Shown here piece by piece: positions 63,720-64,000 of a stretch of 64,000 nucleotides of DNA; position 1 is the stretch's first letter, and the number at the start of each line of letters is the position of its first letter. Under the pieces are notes generated by a model, which did not search any database, had not been told where the DNA came from, and worked only from the letters and a program-made list of their open reading frames with translations. The stretch is from an uncultured bacterium (GTDB taxonomy: Bacteria > Chloroflexota > UBA5177 > JANWHV01). The translations under genes and the position numbers were made by a program. Location of the stretch: contig CAVSOU010000017.1 in assembly GCA_963729625.1 (NCBI GenBank), positions 128,001 through 192,000 of the forward strand, written 5' to 3'.

Positions 63720-64000
63720 CTACGGCCCCGCAGCCGCCCGGCGAGCCAGCAGGCGCTCACGAATGCCTGCGCTAGGGAACCGTGCCTGGATCTCCTGGCG
63801 CACCGCAGCATCCTGCTGTTCTCGCTCACGCAGGTACGTCTCCACCTCCTCGCGCTGCCGCAAGTAGAACGTGAGTGTAGCGTAGATGGCGGTCAGGTTG
63901 ACCGAGGGATACTGCAGTGCGATTTCCTCTGCAGTCGCTCCAGCCCTAAACGACGCGATAACGCTGTCCAGCGTGACCCGCGTGCCAGCCACGCGTAGCA
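63720..64000 (-). CDS. DUF433 antitoxin (5' end outside window)
   Basis: GTRVTLDSVI..GATAEEI..QYPS..L..IYA. Confidence 0.85.
   Translation of the reverse strand, partial: LRVAGTRVTLDSVIASFRAGATAEEIALQYPSVNLTAIYATLTFYLRQREEVETYLREREQQDAAVRQEIQARFPSAGIRERLLARRAAAGP

Noticed and set aside
1-64000. CRISPR array, tRNA or rRNA
   Set aside because: No regularly spaced repeat-spacer series, cloverleaf or rRNA signature seen; all tandem repeats found are protein-coding

Overview
GC-rich bacterial chromosomal window. The gene repertoire (XRE-STAND fusions, Uma2, DinB/ClbS, DUF433/DUF5615, Rep-DnaA_N) suggests Chloroflexota or a similar soil lineage, but this is inference only. It holds about 45 mostly unlinked genes. 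Sugar catabolism: xylulokinase, GH127 plus LacI, PfkB, and a Weimberg-type lactonase/dehydratase/DHDPS-like/ALDH set. Housekeeping and others: dusB, metA, an aminotransferase, an ABC exporter. Also three toxin-antitoxin pairs, several secreted repeat proteins and many gene relics (RecQ, DUF488, Hint, GNAT/sulfatase, IS1380). Most notable: (i) three STAND-NTPase receptors sharing one XRE head, including XRE-TIR-nSTAND1-TM-14xWD40, and one facing a small secreted tandem Cys-repeat peptide gene; (ii) DnaA domains split over two non-DnaA genes (an orphan domain IV behind a LexA-like box, and an O-like Rep fused to domain I); (iii) an unannotated 291-bp MITE with 17-bp TIRs, a 6-bp TSD and internal LexA-like boxes; (iv) a 60-bp perfect palindrome and a 43-bp palindrome spanning a promoter. 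I saw no rRNA, tRNA or CRISPR array. All family calls come from motif recognition by eye, not from database searches.
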